Shown: one piece after another, positions 52,473 to 60,914 of the stretch
Layout of the letters: every line of letters begins with the position of its first letter
Position numbering within the stretch: position 1 is the stretch's first letter
DNA from: Eledone cirrhosa
Lineage: Eukaryota
NCBI GenBank assembly: GCA_964016885.1
Contig: OZ024749.1
Coordinates: 53,134,001-53,198,000 of the forward strand
Direction of reading: 5' to 3'
DNA: 64,000 nt
Program-made: the position numbers and the translations under genes
Notes under the pieces: generated by a model
Database searches by the model: none
What the model was told of the DNA's origin: nothing
The model's input: the letters and a program-made list of their open reading frames with translations, nothing else

Positions 52473-55400
52473 GTGTGAGCTGTCACACACACACATCTAT
52501 AATGTAATCCCCAAACCAAATAAAACTAGTCAACAATACTTACTGTATTAAACCACCAAGTCCAATACCAAGCGCAATCAACATGCTGAAAAATAGGAAG
52601 AAGCAGAACATTAAACCATCATCACTTCAATGTCTTCTTTCCCTTCTAGCGAGGGTTGGATGGGTCTACATAGATCAAGTCAGTACTGAAATGGGGGCTA
52701 CTGACTTCATAGACAGGTACAGGTCTATATCTCTTTTACATATTTTCTTACATTCTATCTAGTGCACAGGAGAAGTTATGTCTTTGACACAACTGAAGCA
52801 ATTCCAGTAATTTATTTCAACGAATTAATGTCAATGTGCGTGAATTACCAAGCATAGATGAGTTGAGAGAGAAACTGGGTATAAGAGGGATAAGTTGTGG
52901 TGTGCAGGAGAGAAGACTGAGATGGTATGGACATGTGATGCGCATAGAGGATGACCGCTGGGTAAAGAAGTGCCAAGAAATGCCAGTAGAAGGAAGACAC
53001 AGTAGAGGAAGACCATGAAAAACATGGGCGGAGGTGGTGAGAACTGACCTCAGATCGCTGAAGCTCACGGAGGAGATGACAAAGGAAGGTGACGAATGGA
53101 GAGATGCTGTGCTAAATAGGACCCATCCCACCCTTGCAAGCAGGGAAAAGCGGATATAAAATGATGATGATAATTATTTTTTTACCATCTTTCTTTGTAC
53201 AACAAAGAACTGAGAACTGAGTGACGTTTTCTAGACTCTGGAACTCTCTTCCATCTCATTGTTTCCTTCCTTCTTAGGTCGTAGATATTCTTCCTCAAAC
53301 TGCCAGACTTTGGAACTCTCTTTTCCATCTCATGGTTTTCCTCCTCCTTCTTATCACCTGAACTCTTTCAAGTCTAAAGTAAATTCATTCCTTTCATCTT
53401 AATTTCTCCTCCTTCATAGTCCCCCATCCCCTTACACAAAATGGCTCGATACCATGTTTGGGACTTTCAAGGATAAAAAAGCTAGATGGATAGATGTTGC
53501 TTTTATTGTCCAAAGATAGATACATAGGTGCAGATAGCTGCTGCTTCACCACTGACCATCTTGCGAAAACTGAGAGAGAGATATCAAATTACCATTTCCC
53601 CAAACAAATCTAACATAAATTGGTTACCACATGATAGTTGTGTTTTATTATAAAGGTAGATGTCACTTACCAAGATTCTGGTATGACTGATGATAACATG
53701 CCAGCATAATGGTACACTAAAACATTAAGAGGAATATTAGAATATTTTGAAAAAAAAATATATATATCTGCAGTAATCTTTCACATTTTAGAAACAGAAT
53801 TTGCTTTATTTTATAAAAAAAGATTTTGCAATAAAAAAAAAAAAAAAAAAATGAGTAGACATTAAGAAAAAGAAATGAATGCAGTTATTGTTAATGGGTA
53901 TAGATTTCTTTGAAGATAAAAACATTTATAGTTATTTATTTCACGTTGTTCAGTAACAGAATGTTTATAGATCAGTAAATATAACCCCTCGTTTGTTCTT
54001 TTCAACACAATTCAATGCTGTGGTTAAATTTGACAAATTTCTGTTTTCTCTCTATTAAGGCTAAGTTTGAGTCTTGTTACTCTGGAATTTCTCACAGGGA
54101 TATTTGAACTGTTTAGCAGTGTGTTTGTGTGTCAACATTATTAACCCTTTGGTTAATAATGCGTACGTGCACACACAGCGGTGGATTGGCAGTATCGGTA
54201 GAGCGTCGGGCACCTTGCTTCGCGACACAGAGTTATAGCCCTTTACGTTCTGAGTTCAAATCCCGCTGAAGTTTGCTTTGTCTTTCATCCTTACGGGGGT
54301 CGATAAAATAAAGTATCAGTAATATACTGGGGTCAATTCTATTGACTTTCACCTTCCCTTCAAATTGCTGGCTTTGTGCCTAAAGTAGAAACAATTATTA
54401 ACCCTTTTGTCTGAAGACAGCTACCCTACTCCTACCCTAATATGTCATCCACCTCGTAGTCCCATCCAACAGGATGGAGAAGACATTGCCCTGGAGAATG
54501 GCAAGGGAGACTCACTGGAATGGCCACTCCAATATGTTGGGCTTGCTTATATTTTGAGTAATGTTATTTGATAGAGAGCAGAGCTGAGAGATGAGAGAGT
54601 AACTCCAGGTGGAGCCACTACTTCTCCGAATTGAGAGGTCACAGCTCCGATACTACCAGGTGGAGCCACTACTTCTCCGAATTGAGAGGTCACAGCTCCG
54701 ATACTACCAGGTGGAGCCACTACTTCTCCGAATTGAGAGGTCACAGCTCCGATACTACCAGGTGGAGCCACTACTTCTCCGAATTGAGAGGTCACAGCTC
54801 CGATACTACCAGGTGGAGCCACTACTTCTCCGAATTGAGAGGTCACAGCTCCGATACTACCAGGTGGAGCCACTACTTCTCCGAATTGAGAGGTCACAGC
54901 TCCGATACTACCAGGTGGAGCCACTACTTCTCCGAATTGAGAGGTCACAGCTCCGATACTACCAGGTGGAGCCACTACTTCTCCGAATTGAGAGGTCACA
55001 GCTCCGATACTACCAGGTGGAGCCACTTCTCCGAATTGAGAGGTCACAACTCTAATATTATGGTTACAATGTGTCAGGAAAAAATAACTGGACAGATGTT
55101 ATGTGCAAAATCATCTGGCAGCAGACCCTGACCAAGATGGTTTGATAACATTCATGAGCTCAGCTAGTATTGTTTGGAGATGGTTGCTTCTGACAGGACC
55201 CACTGGAAGGCAGATAGATCTTATGGGCAAAAAAAACCATCTTGCTCGGGGGTCAAGATGGTTGGATAACATCCATGAGCTTGGCTGATCTAACTTGGGG
55301 AGATGGTTGCTTCTGACAGGACCTGCTAGATGACATGTCTAAGGATTCTATCTGTCCCCCCTCAACTCTCCCAGGAAGAAGTGGGTGATAAGAACTTACA

Positions 55401-55637
55401 AAGTTTGCTTAGAGTAGCTATCATAACCACTATGACGATGATCATCGGGCGAGCTATACCATGGAAGTTGAAATTAGCAATTTGGATGGTTCCAATATTT
55501 TCGATTTCTGAACAATTGGCATCAATTTTCAAACCAGATTCTCCCCTCTCACAACGATAACACAATGTTGAGACAGGAAACAGTAGGGCTAGTACCAACA
55601 GCACTAAGATGCTGTCTTTTGTTATTGTCAGCACCAT
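5036..55637 (-). CDS. slc9a: Na+/H+ exchanger (SLC9A/NHE, plasma-membrane NHE1-5-like), 23 coding exons, ~892 aa
   Basis: Hand-spliced exons give one continuous frame of 2679 nt including the stop. CPA1/NHE signatures are present: [87 protein letters not shown]. All introns are GT-AG with matching phases. The exact paralogue cannot be determined without a phylogeny. Confidence 0.95.
5083..5372. repeat. 18-bp coding minisatellite, 16 copies
   Basis: Unit tttctcgtccattgcgtg, encoding [12 protein letters not shown] on the minus strand. Confidence 0.97.
6769..6990. mobile_element. Degenerate TTAA-flanked MITE (second piggyBac-like family)
   Basis: ttaaacacttccgttacc ... tgtatcaaaagggttaa; related left ends at 11385 and 19130. 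Confidence 0.5.
7513..7631 (-). CDS. NHE exon 22 ([12 protein letters not shown]...DWQHKTN)
   Basis: Pyrimidine tract plus cag, gtaagt donor; phase 1-0. Confidence 0.78.
7700..8236. repeat. 18-bp GC-rich minisatellite, ~29 copies
   Basis: Unit ccaccacccactgagccg. Confidence 0.97.
8741..8799 (-). CDS. NHE exon 21 ([19 protein letters not shown])
   Basis: ttttaag/gtaagt; phase 2-1 bridges exons 20 and 22. Confidence 0.72.
9640..10090. repeat. ~108-bp tandem repeat, ~4 copies
   Basis: gaaatcaagactgggtttcaa recurs at 9646, 9755, 9863 and 9971. Confidence 0.92.
11385..11615. repeat. ~48-bp tandem repeat of a TTAA-CCCTT MITE terminus, 5 copies
   Basis: Unit ttaacccttttgttgccatattccaaatgaaagacaccacctatgtct. 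Confidence 0.85.
12527..18578 (+). repeat. ~6-kb compound satellite: invariant 29-bp core plus variable (GA)n, roughly 140-150 units, RTE-derived
   Basis: Core GAAATGAAGCAAGTATGGTGGATGTGCAA; unit length 37-45 bp; runs directly into an RTE fragment. Confidence 0.97.
18550..18912 (+). mobile_element. RTE LINE 3' fragment
   Basis: Degenerate [31 protein letters not shown], plus the acccatgcaagtatggaaaag 3' stem-loop. Confidence 0.9.
19481..19528 (+). ncRNA. Putative type I hammerhead ribozyme motif
   Basis: catcccaag-CTGAAGA-tccgctaaggt-GAAA-caattg-TT-ctcggtatg. Stem I has 7/9 pairs, stem III is palindromic, cleavage triplet is GUU. Confidence 0.6.
19655..19850 (-). mobile_element. 3' half of RTE-tailed SINE family B
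   Basis: gttggtgttaggaagggcatccagctgtagaaa motif, cccttgcaagcaggg stem-loop, (TGA)n tail; similar copies at 22870-23110 (+) and 27080-27300 (+). Confidence 0.8.
20430..20690. repeat. 39-bp tandem repeat, ~6-7 copies
   Basis: Unit caactaccccacccaggagaaacactttgtccaggctta. Confidence 0.9.
22018..22188 (-). CDS. NHE exon 20 ([15 protein letters not shown]...SRYFSHT)
   Basis: Long polypyrimidine tract plus aag acceptor, AG/gttggt donor, phase 2-2. No homology motif, so support is splice signals and frame only. Confidence 0.7.
24583..24636 (-). CDS. NHE exon 19 ([17 protein letters not shown])
   Basis: ttttcag/gtaagt; phase 2-2; open frame. Confidence 0.8.
26690..26796 (-). CDS. NHE exon 18 ([17 protein letters not shown]...IYQEIML)
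   Basis: cag/gtaagt; phase 0-2. Confidence 0.9.
27609..27674 (-). CDS. NHE exon 17 ([22 protein letters not shown]), CHP-binding-type helix
   Basis: cag/gtaagt; DH.M.G.EDI.G motif. Confidence 0.93.
28025..28114 (-). CDS. NHE exon 16 ([30 protein letters not shown])
   Basis: cag/gtaagt; G.T.KPLV motif. Confidence 0.93.
28790..29062 (-). mobile_element. tRNA-derived SINE with Meta-like and V-like domains
   Basis: tRNA head, ttcttgagcaaaacacttcatttcac, then aaccctgtgatggactgg...cagaaaccgagataag. Confidence 0.6.
29146..29274 (-). CDS. NHE exon 15 ([13 protein letters not shown]...IIFTVMIQ)
   Basis: cag/gtaaga; GGLRGA motif. Confidence 0.95.
29425..29668 (-). mobile_element. tRNA/Meta-domain SINE with (CA)n tail; near-identical copy at 52198-52470 (+)
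   Basis: tggcttagtggttagagc A box, gagttcaattc B box, ccttgagcaagacactttatttc. Confidence 0.85.
29998..30352 (+). mobile_element. CR1-type LINE 3' end with ~3 copies of a 61-bp internal repeat
   Basis: [18 protein letters not shown]; 3' UTR ending cctgagcactgtacacaataatttcattatt, the same as 48080-49100. Confidence 0.85.
30852..30934 (-). CDS. NHE exon 14 ([28 protein letters not shown])
   Basis: cag/gtatgt; QFIM motif. Confidence 0.92.
31160..31345 (-). mobile_element. RTE (BovB-like) 3' remnant with C2H2 finger
   Basis: Translates as [21 protein letters not shown]. Confidence 0.55.
31727..31848 (-). CDS. NHE exon 13 ([16 protein letters not shown]...CLIVRFI)
   Basis: cag/gtaggt; SE..IFLFLG motif. 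Confidence 0.93.
33245..33730. repeat. ~45-bp tandem repeat, ~10 copies, related to the RTE/SINE 3' module
   Basis: Unit cacccagtacaccctgtaaagtggtagtgctggtactataacatg. Confidence 0.88.
35437..35532 (-). CDS. NHE exon 12 ([32 protein letters not shown])
   Basis: cag/gtatct; phase 2-2. Confidence 0.92.
35808..36078. repeat. ~29-bp tandem repeat, ~9 copies
   Basis: ccaaagactcaagtataaggcctaatg repeated. Confidence 0.9.
36203..36284 (-). CDS. NHE exon 11 ([27 protein letters not shown])
   Basis: cag/gttaat; EP..SY.A..LSGI motif. Confidence 0.92.
36312..36692. repeat. 37-bp tandem repeat, ~10 copies
   Basis: Unit actagtacataacacattggtaagactatttagtatc, just upstream of the exon 11 acceptor. Confidence 0.95.
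36824..37753. mobile_element. piggyBac-like MITE with ~11 tandem copies of an internal 72-bp segment
   Basis: ttaaccctttaacattta ... taaatggtaaatggttaa ends; 72-bp periodicity over 36960-37745. Confidence 0.88.
37787..37898 (-). CDS. NHE exon 10 ([15 protein letters not shown]...TKYTHNVK)
   Basis: cag/gtaaga; FLVVSLGG and TKYT motifs. Confidence 0.93.
38117..38430 (-). mobile_element. SINE family B: tRNA head, Meta-like domain, RTE-type tail
   Basis: B box, ccttgagcaagacactt, aggaagggcatccagctgtag, cccttgcaagcaggg, (TGA)n. Confidence 0.85.
39284..39354 (-). CDS. NHE exon 9 ([24 protein letters not shown])
   Basis: cag/gtgagt. Confidence 0.93.
39770..40010 (-). mobile_element. RTE 3' end fragment (same family as 957-2022)
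   Basis: Near-identical to 1095-1320. Confidence 0.85.
40153..40228 (-). CDS. NHE exon 8 ([25 protein letters not shown])
   Basis: cag/gtaatt; FGESLLND motif. Confidence 0.95.
40329..40422 (+). ncRNA. Putative type I hammerhead ribozyme motif with long stem II region
   Basis: agcatat-CTGATGA-(61 nt)-GAAA-catatg-TA-atatgtt. 7-bp stem I, palindromic stem III, GUA triplet; lies between (TA)n tracts. Confidence 0.55.
41317..41429 (-). CDS. NHE exon 7 ([15 protein letters not shown]...[12 protein letters not shown])
   Basis: gtaagt donor; AVDPVA motif; the inferred acceptor is the rare GAG type. Confidence 0.85.
41455..42210. repeat. Degenerate ~60-bp tandem repeat interrupted by a MITE
   Basis: aattaattggggtagctaatgtcaaagactagcaaataat recurs many times. 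Confidence 0.8.
41720..41922. mobile_element. piggyBac-like MITE (TTAA target, CCCTTTAG TIRs)
   Basis: TTAA-CCCTTTAGCATTTA ... TAAATACTAAAGGG-CTAA; empty site visible at 41517-41535. Other copies at 50288-50658, 55723-55949, 56634-56849, 25230-25627, 32313-32769, plus partial copies. Confidence 0.88.
42740..42767 (-). CDS. NHE exon 6, 28-nt microexon (GTFLNCILI)
   Basis: cag/gtaagt; supplies the conserved GT..N segment and fits the phases on both sides. Confidence 0.88.
43472..47400 (-). mobile_element. Near-full-length RTE-clade LINE (APE endonuclease + RT with PHD-like finger), inactivated
   Basis: APE motifs [41 protein letters not shown] motifs [39 protein letters not shown]. (TGA)n tail at ~43472-43497. 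ORF 47101-43870 is broken by frameshift(s) near 45530-45565 and an in-frame TAA at 45145-45147. The 5' boundary is uncertain and no TSD was found. Confidence 0.96.
48080..49110 (-). mobile_element. CR1-type LINE 3' fragment with 9 tandem copies of a 61-bp unit (48268-48820)
   Basis: [24 protein letters not shown] is the typical CR1 ORF2 C-terminus; (ATT)n tail. Confidence 0.9.
49208..49289 (-). CDS. NHE exon 5 ([27 protein letters not shown])
   Basis: cag/gtaagt; conserved NHE segment. Confidence 0.93.
51607..51678 (-). CDS. NHE exon 4 ([24 protein letters not shown])
   Basis: cag/gtaagt; FFLYLLPP motif. Confidence 0.92.
52544..52585 (-). CDS. NHE exon 3 ([13 protein letters not shown])
   Basis: cag acceptor, gtaagt donor, phase 2-2. 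Confidence 0.9.
52830..53172 (+). mobile_element. RTE LINE 3' fragment
   Basis: [32 protein letters not shown]; cccttgcaagcaggg stem-loop; (TGA)n. Confidence 0.92.
53671..53716 (-). CDS. NHE exon 2 ([16 protein letters not shown])
   Basis: ttag acceptor, gtaagt donor, conserved PES motif. Confidence 0.9.
54420..55385 (+). mobile_element. RTE (Expander-like) 3' remnant with ~9 tandem copies of a 51-bp unit (54605-55050)
   Basis: Unit encodes [15 protein letters not shown], a recognisable RTE C-terminal motif; flanks give RWLDNIHEL; related remnant at 35090-35270. Confidence 0.8.
55400..55637 (-). CDS. NHE coding exon 1 ([19 protein letters not shown]...[13 protein letters not shown])
   Basis: ATG directly follows a ttttcag acceptor, so an upstream exon is implied. 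Signal-peptide-like hydrophobic N-terminus; gtaagt donor, phase 1. Confidence 0.85.
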
Positions 55638-57711
55638 CTGAAAAGACAAAGTAAATTCCTTGAAGAAAATTTAACTAGAAAATAAGTGGGCAAAGAAGAA
55701 GAAGAAGGGCCTGGAACATAACTTAACCCTTTAGCATTTACATTACTCTATATTTATAATTGTATTTTTGTGGTAAAGGCTTTATCTTACATAATTATCT
55801 CACATAATATAGAATCTGAGATTTTGATGTTATTTATTTTGAGAACAATACCTTAATGTCAGTAAGAATGGTCAGTTACAGTCGGTTTGAACAGAAAGAG
55901 GTGAGAGAATTCTGGCCAGATTCAGCCGGTTTACATGCTAAAGGGTTAACAAAGATTCTATAATATAATATATTATAATATATTCAACAATTTCTTAATA
56001 TATTTAAATTTGTAGGCTTTGAACTGTTTCATTTAGTCTAGCTGAAAAATAAAGAAAACAGTATCATCATCATCACCATCATCATCATTATCATAATCAT
56101 CATCATTATCATAATCATCATCATCATTATCATAATCATCATCATCATCATCATAATCATCAACTATTTTCAAGGAAGAGAATAATTTTCACAATTTCCA
56201 AGTTCATCACTATAATAATCACCATCTGTTTTCCCTACTTGCAAGGGTTGTCAAAGACTAGTCAGTGCCCAAGTAGAACCTGAAATAAAGTGTCTTGTTC
56301 AAGGACACAGTAGACTGGAGCAACATGAAATAAAGTGTCTTGTTCAAGGACACAATGTAAAGTATAGTGTTTTGCTGAAGGAATCGAACTCACTACTTTT
56401 GGATCATGAGTCAAACACTCTAACCACTAAGCTATGTATGTCCACTATGTATCTATGATATTACTAAAACTTCATCCTAAAGATTAACTAGTTTCCTCTG
56501 TAAACAATGAGGAAATACTTCACATCTGATGATCTGATCAGTTGTTGACCTCCTTCAAAGCACAAGTGTCACAGAATTTAGACTTAATGTTTTGCTTTAT
56601 ATATCTTGGACTTTGTTAGGACTGTTACAGCTATTAACTCTTTACCATTTACATTACTCTATATTTACTATTGTATTTTCATGGTAAACACTTTACTTCA
56701 CATAATATTGAATCTATGAGATTTTGATATTATTTATATTGAGAACAATACCTTAATGTAAGTATGAGTGGCCAGTTATGGCTGGTTTGAACAGAAAGAG
56801 GTGAGAGAATTCTGGCCAGATACGCCCAGTTTAAATGTTAAAGGGTTAAATATATATCTTGGACTATGCTGTGACTGTGATTGCTTTTAAACTTATATAT
56901 CTTGGACTATGTTTCAAAGCAATCCACTTTCTATAGTTACTATACTCTGGTTTTATAGGTTCATTCTAGTACCAGTAATTATTGACGCAATTGTTTGTCT
57001 TAAGACAGAAATCTTGAGAAGTTGCGGTTTTCAGATTTAAAACAAAAAAAAAATGGTAATTTTGGAAATTCTGTCTATAAGCATGACAATAAAAATATGT
57101 TAGATTTGTCTTATGACCAACATGTGGCAATAAATTGACTGGAATTTCAATTCCAATAAGAAAGCCTTGCTTCTTAGTTACAATTATTTTAACACTTTTA
57201 ATATAAATCTGGCTCAAACCGGTTCTGGTTCTATGAAATAAAACACCCATTTTGAAGGATTCTTGGCATATATAAACACAGACATACACCACACACTGGT
57301 GCGCACACACACACTAGTGCACATGCAGACACAAACACATATACACACACCCACACATATATACATACATCACTGCCACCACCACCACCACCACCACCAC
57401 CACCACCACCCGTTATTAGTGTCTCTTGAAATAGATCTTCTACCAACCACTTGGCATCTATATTCCAAGAATTATAGTCTAGAAATACATCCTAAACAAT
57501 CCAGTGGCACTCCTGCTATATTACCTAAATATTGTCACATCCAGGGTTGACAAGGATGTGACAACAACAGCAACAACATTTACTTGACAAATGTTTGAAA
57601 AAATATTTTGAAGGCTGAAGAATTTCACACCACGTTGTCTTAGTGGTTATTATTACACTAAAACAAGAGCTTTCCTCTGATAATTATGGTGGTTAGTTTA
57701 CCAGAATACAC

Positions 57712-58180
57712 AAACAACAACAACAACACCATCACCACCGCCATCATCAACTACAACAACAATTATAACACTACCACCACCAACACCACCATCATCACCA
57801 TCACTACCAACTACACCACCACCACCAACTACACCAACTACACCACCACCATCACCACCAACTACACCACCGCCACCACCACCAACACCATCACCACCAA
57901 CTACACCACCACCACCAACTACACCACCAACTACACCACCAACACCACCACCATCACCACCACCATCACCACCAACTACACCACCATCACCACCAACTAC
58001 ACCACCGCCATCACCACCACCATCACCACCAACTACACCACCAACACCACCACCATCACCACCAACTACACCACCACCACCAACTACACCACCGCCATCA
58101 CCACCAACTACACCACCGCCATCACCACCACCACCACAACCACAACACCACCGTCACCACCAACAACAACATTAACAACA
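57712..58180. repeat. Imperfect (ACC/AAC)n trinucleotide microsatellite
   Basis: Low-complexity caccaccaactaca repeats. Confidence 0.95.
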
Positions 58181-58659
58181 GAATTAGGACTGACATGAAA
58201 CATTCCCAACATTCAGTAGAAAATATTCACTTCACTGGTTGACACCATTTTAAATGTACTGATAATGGTGGGTTGGTTGGTCCATCAGAGTATATTATGA
58301 CAATAGTTTATCTGGGGTGGGGGTGGCATAGTACCTATCCACTAGTGATATAGTACCCCCCCCCCCCCAACACACAAATAATAGAAAAAAAACACAAGGA
58401 AGTTTTGTTTACATGTGGAAAATATTTATTGCGTATGGACCTGTTACGTGCGTTTCACAGAAGATTGGCTCAAGGTGACCCAGAGGAGTTACTGACCTCC
58501 CACCCGGCTCAAAACACACGTAACAGGTCGATACGCAATAAATATTTTTCACATGTAAACGAAACTTCCTCGTTTTTTCTGTTATAGAGTGCTTGATTTG
58601 GTACCTACAGTATTTCACCATAGTACCCACATATATATATATACACACATATATACATA

Positions 58660-59690
58660 TCATCATCATCGTTTAACGTCCATCTTTTATGCTAATATGG
58701 GTTAGACGGTTTTGTTCCATTTGATGTGGGAATGGTCGGGAGACCATGTCTCACTCGCATGGAAGCGTCTCTGGCAGGTTTTTTACAGCTGGATGCCCTT
58801 TCTAACACCAACCACATTTACAGTGTGGACTGGCAGCCTTTTCCCCGTGTCTCCTACATGACCACCTTACAGTGTGGACTGCGAGCCTTTTCACCATGTC
58901 TCCTACATGACCACCTTACAGTGTGGACTGTGAGCCTTTTCACCATGTCTCCTACATGACCACCTTACAGTGTGGACTGCGAGCCTTTTCACCATGTCTC
59001 CTACATGACCACCTTACAGTGTGGACTGCGAGCCTTTTCACCATGTCTCCTACATGACCACCTTACAGTGTGGACTGTGAGCCTTTTCACCGTATCTCCT
59101 ACATGACCACCTTACAGTGTGGACTGGCAGCCTTTTCACCGTGTCTCCTACATGACCACCTTACAGTGTGGACTGGCAGCCTTTTCACCATGTCTCCTAC
59201 ATGGCCACCTTACAGTGTGGACTGGCAGCCTTTTCACCGTGTCTCCTACATGGCCACCTTACAGTGTGGACTGGCAGCCTTTTCACCATGTCTCCTACAT
59301 GACCACCGTACAGTGTGGACTGGCAGCCTTTTCACCATGTCTCCTACATGACCACCGTACAGTGTGGACTGGCAGCCTTTTCACCGTGTCTCCTACATGA
59401 CCACCGTACAGTGTGGACTGCCAGCCTTTTCACCATGTCTCCTACATGACCACCTTACAGTGTGGACTGGCAGCCTTTTCCCCGTGTCTCCTACATGACC
59501 ACCGTACAGTGTGGACTGTGAGCCTTTTCCCCGTGTCTCCTACATGACCACCTTACAGTGTGGACTGCGAGCCTTTTCACCATGTCTCCTACATGACCAC
59601 CTTACAGTGTGGACTGGCAGCCTTTTCACCATGTCTCCTACATGGCCACCGTACAGTGTGGACTGTTGTGTCATCGACACAGTGGATGGA
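58660..59690 (-). mobile_element. RTE-type 3' module with ~17 tandem copies of a 49-bp unit (58817-59665)
   Basis: (TGA)n tail and gaagggcatccagctgt motif at 58660-58815; unit cttacagtgtggactggcagccttttcaccatgtctcctacatgaccac. Confidence 0.88.
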
Positions 59691-60614
59691 ATGTGAGAGG
59701 GAGGATGGGGTCTATATATATTAGTACCTAGCTAATAAATCAATGTAAACAAAAGCAAACATCAACCTGTTGCTATATTAAATTTGTCTTTAGTTTGTCA
59801 GTCTTCTCAACATTAACACATAATTAGTAATGTCTGGCACTGTACCGACCAACAAAAGGTTTTTCTATTTTTATCCCCAACAAAACAACTCCCAGCTAGT
59901 AAATATTATTGTCCAGTCAAAAATTAGGATTGGTTTAATTTTTTTAAATTTTTCCCCCTTTTTCATATTAAAACTGGATGTATAGAAAGTCAGCCATATG
60001 CATTCTAAATATATTGAGGCATTGCGTAAATCTAGTTCTTTTTTCCCCCTCTTTCACATTAAAACTGATGTTTAACAAGTCAGCCATATGTATTCTAAAT
60101 ATATCGAGCTATGGCGTAAATCTAATTTGTGGCTAGTTAGTAAATAAATAATCATAGAAATCCAGTTTTTAATAACCAAGTAGAGAAAAAAGCCAAAAAT
60201 ATTTGACATTTTATTTCACTACCATTTTTCTGAATAATCTTCATCATGTAAAAATTGACATTGCTAGACAAATAATTCTCTGTACAGCAGTAATTATTCT
60301 TTTGTTGGTTTCACTCATTAGAGAGCAATTTTGCCTTGAAGGGTTTCTAGCCAACGGCATCAAATCCAGTACATATTTTATCAATCTAGCTAATGTTTTG
60401 ACATAATGGGATGCAAATCAATGCGTCATTTAGCTTAAAACGATGCATACATCTGTTTGTAGTTGACAGACGAGTGAAAAGAGTACACAATATCGAAGTA
60501 GAGTTTAAATATTCATTTATTATGGCTAAGCAGTGAGTCTTTTAAACTCTGGAGTTTCACCTGCTCACACACAGAACTTCAGAGTAAGAAGACTCTCTAC
60601 TTAGCCATAATAAG

Positions 60615-60646
<32 letters not shown>

Positions 60647-60761
60647 GTGAACTATGGTCCTTCTCCTTAACATTCATCAGCTCACATGATAACATTCTGA
60701 GAATTAATGGTATTAAGAGGACCAGTGTAATACAAAACACACTTGACCAACATATATCCTG

Positions 60762-60797
<36 letters not shown>

Positions 60798-60914
60798 AAT
60801 AAGACATTAAAACAATGAATATATATATATATAAGACATTAAAACAATGAATACATATATATATATATATAGGAACCAGTAAGACCCCGACAGCTGAGCT
60901 CAAGCCGTTTCGAC

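Noticed and set aside
57686-58198. Thr-rich mucin-like ORF
   Set aside because: Imperfect (ACC)n microsatellite with no signal peptide or splice support.
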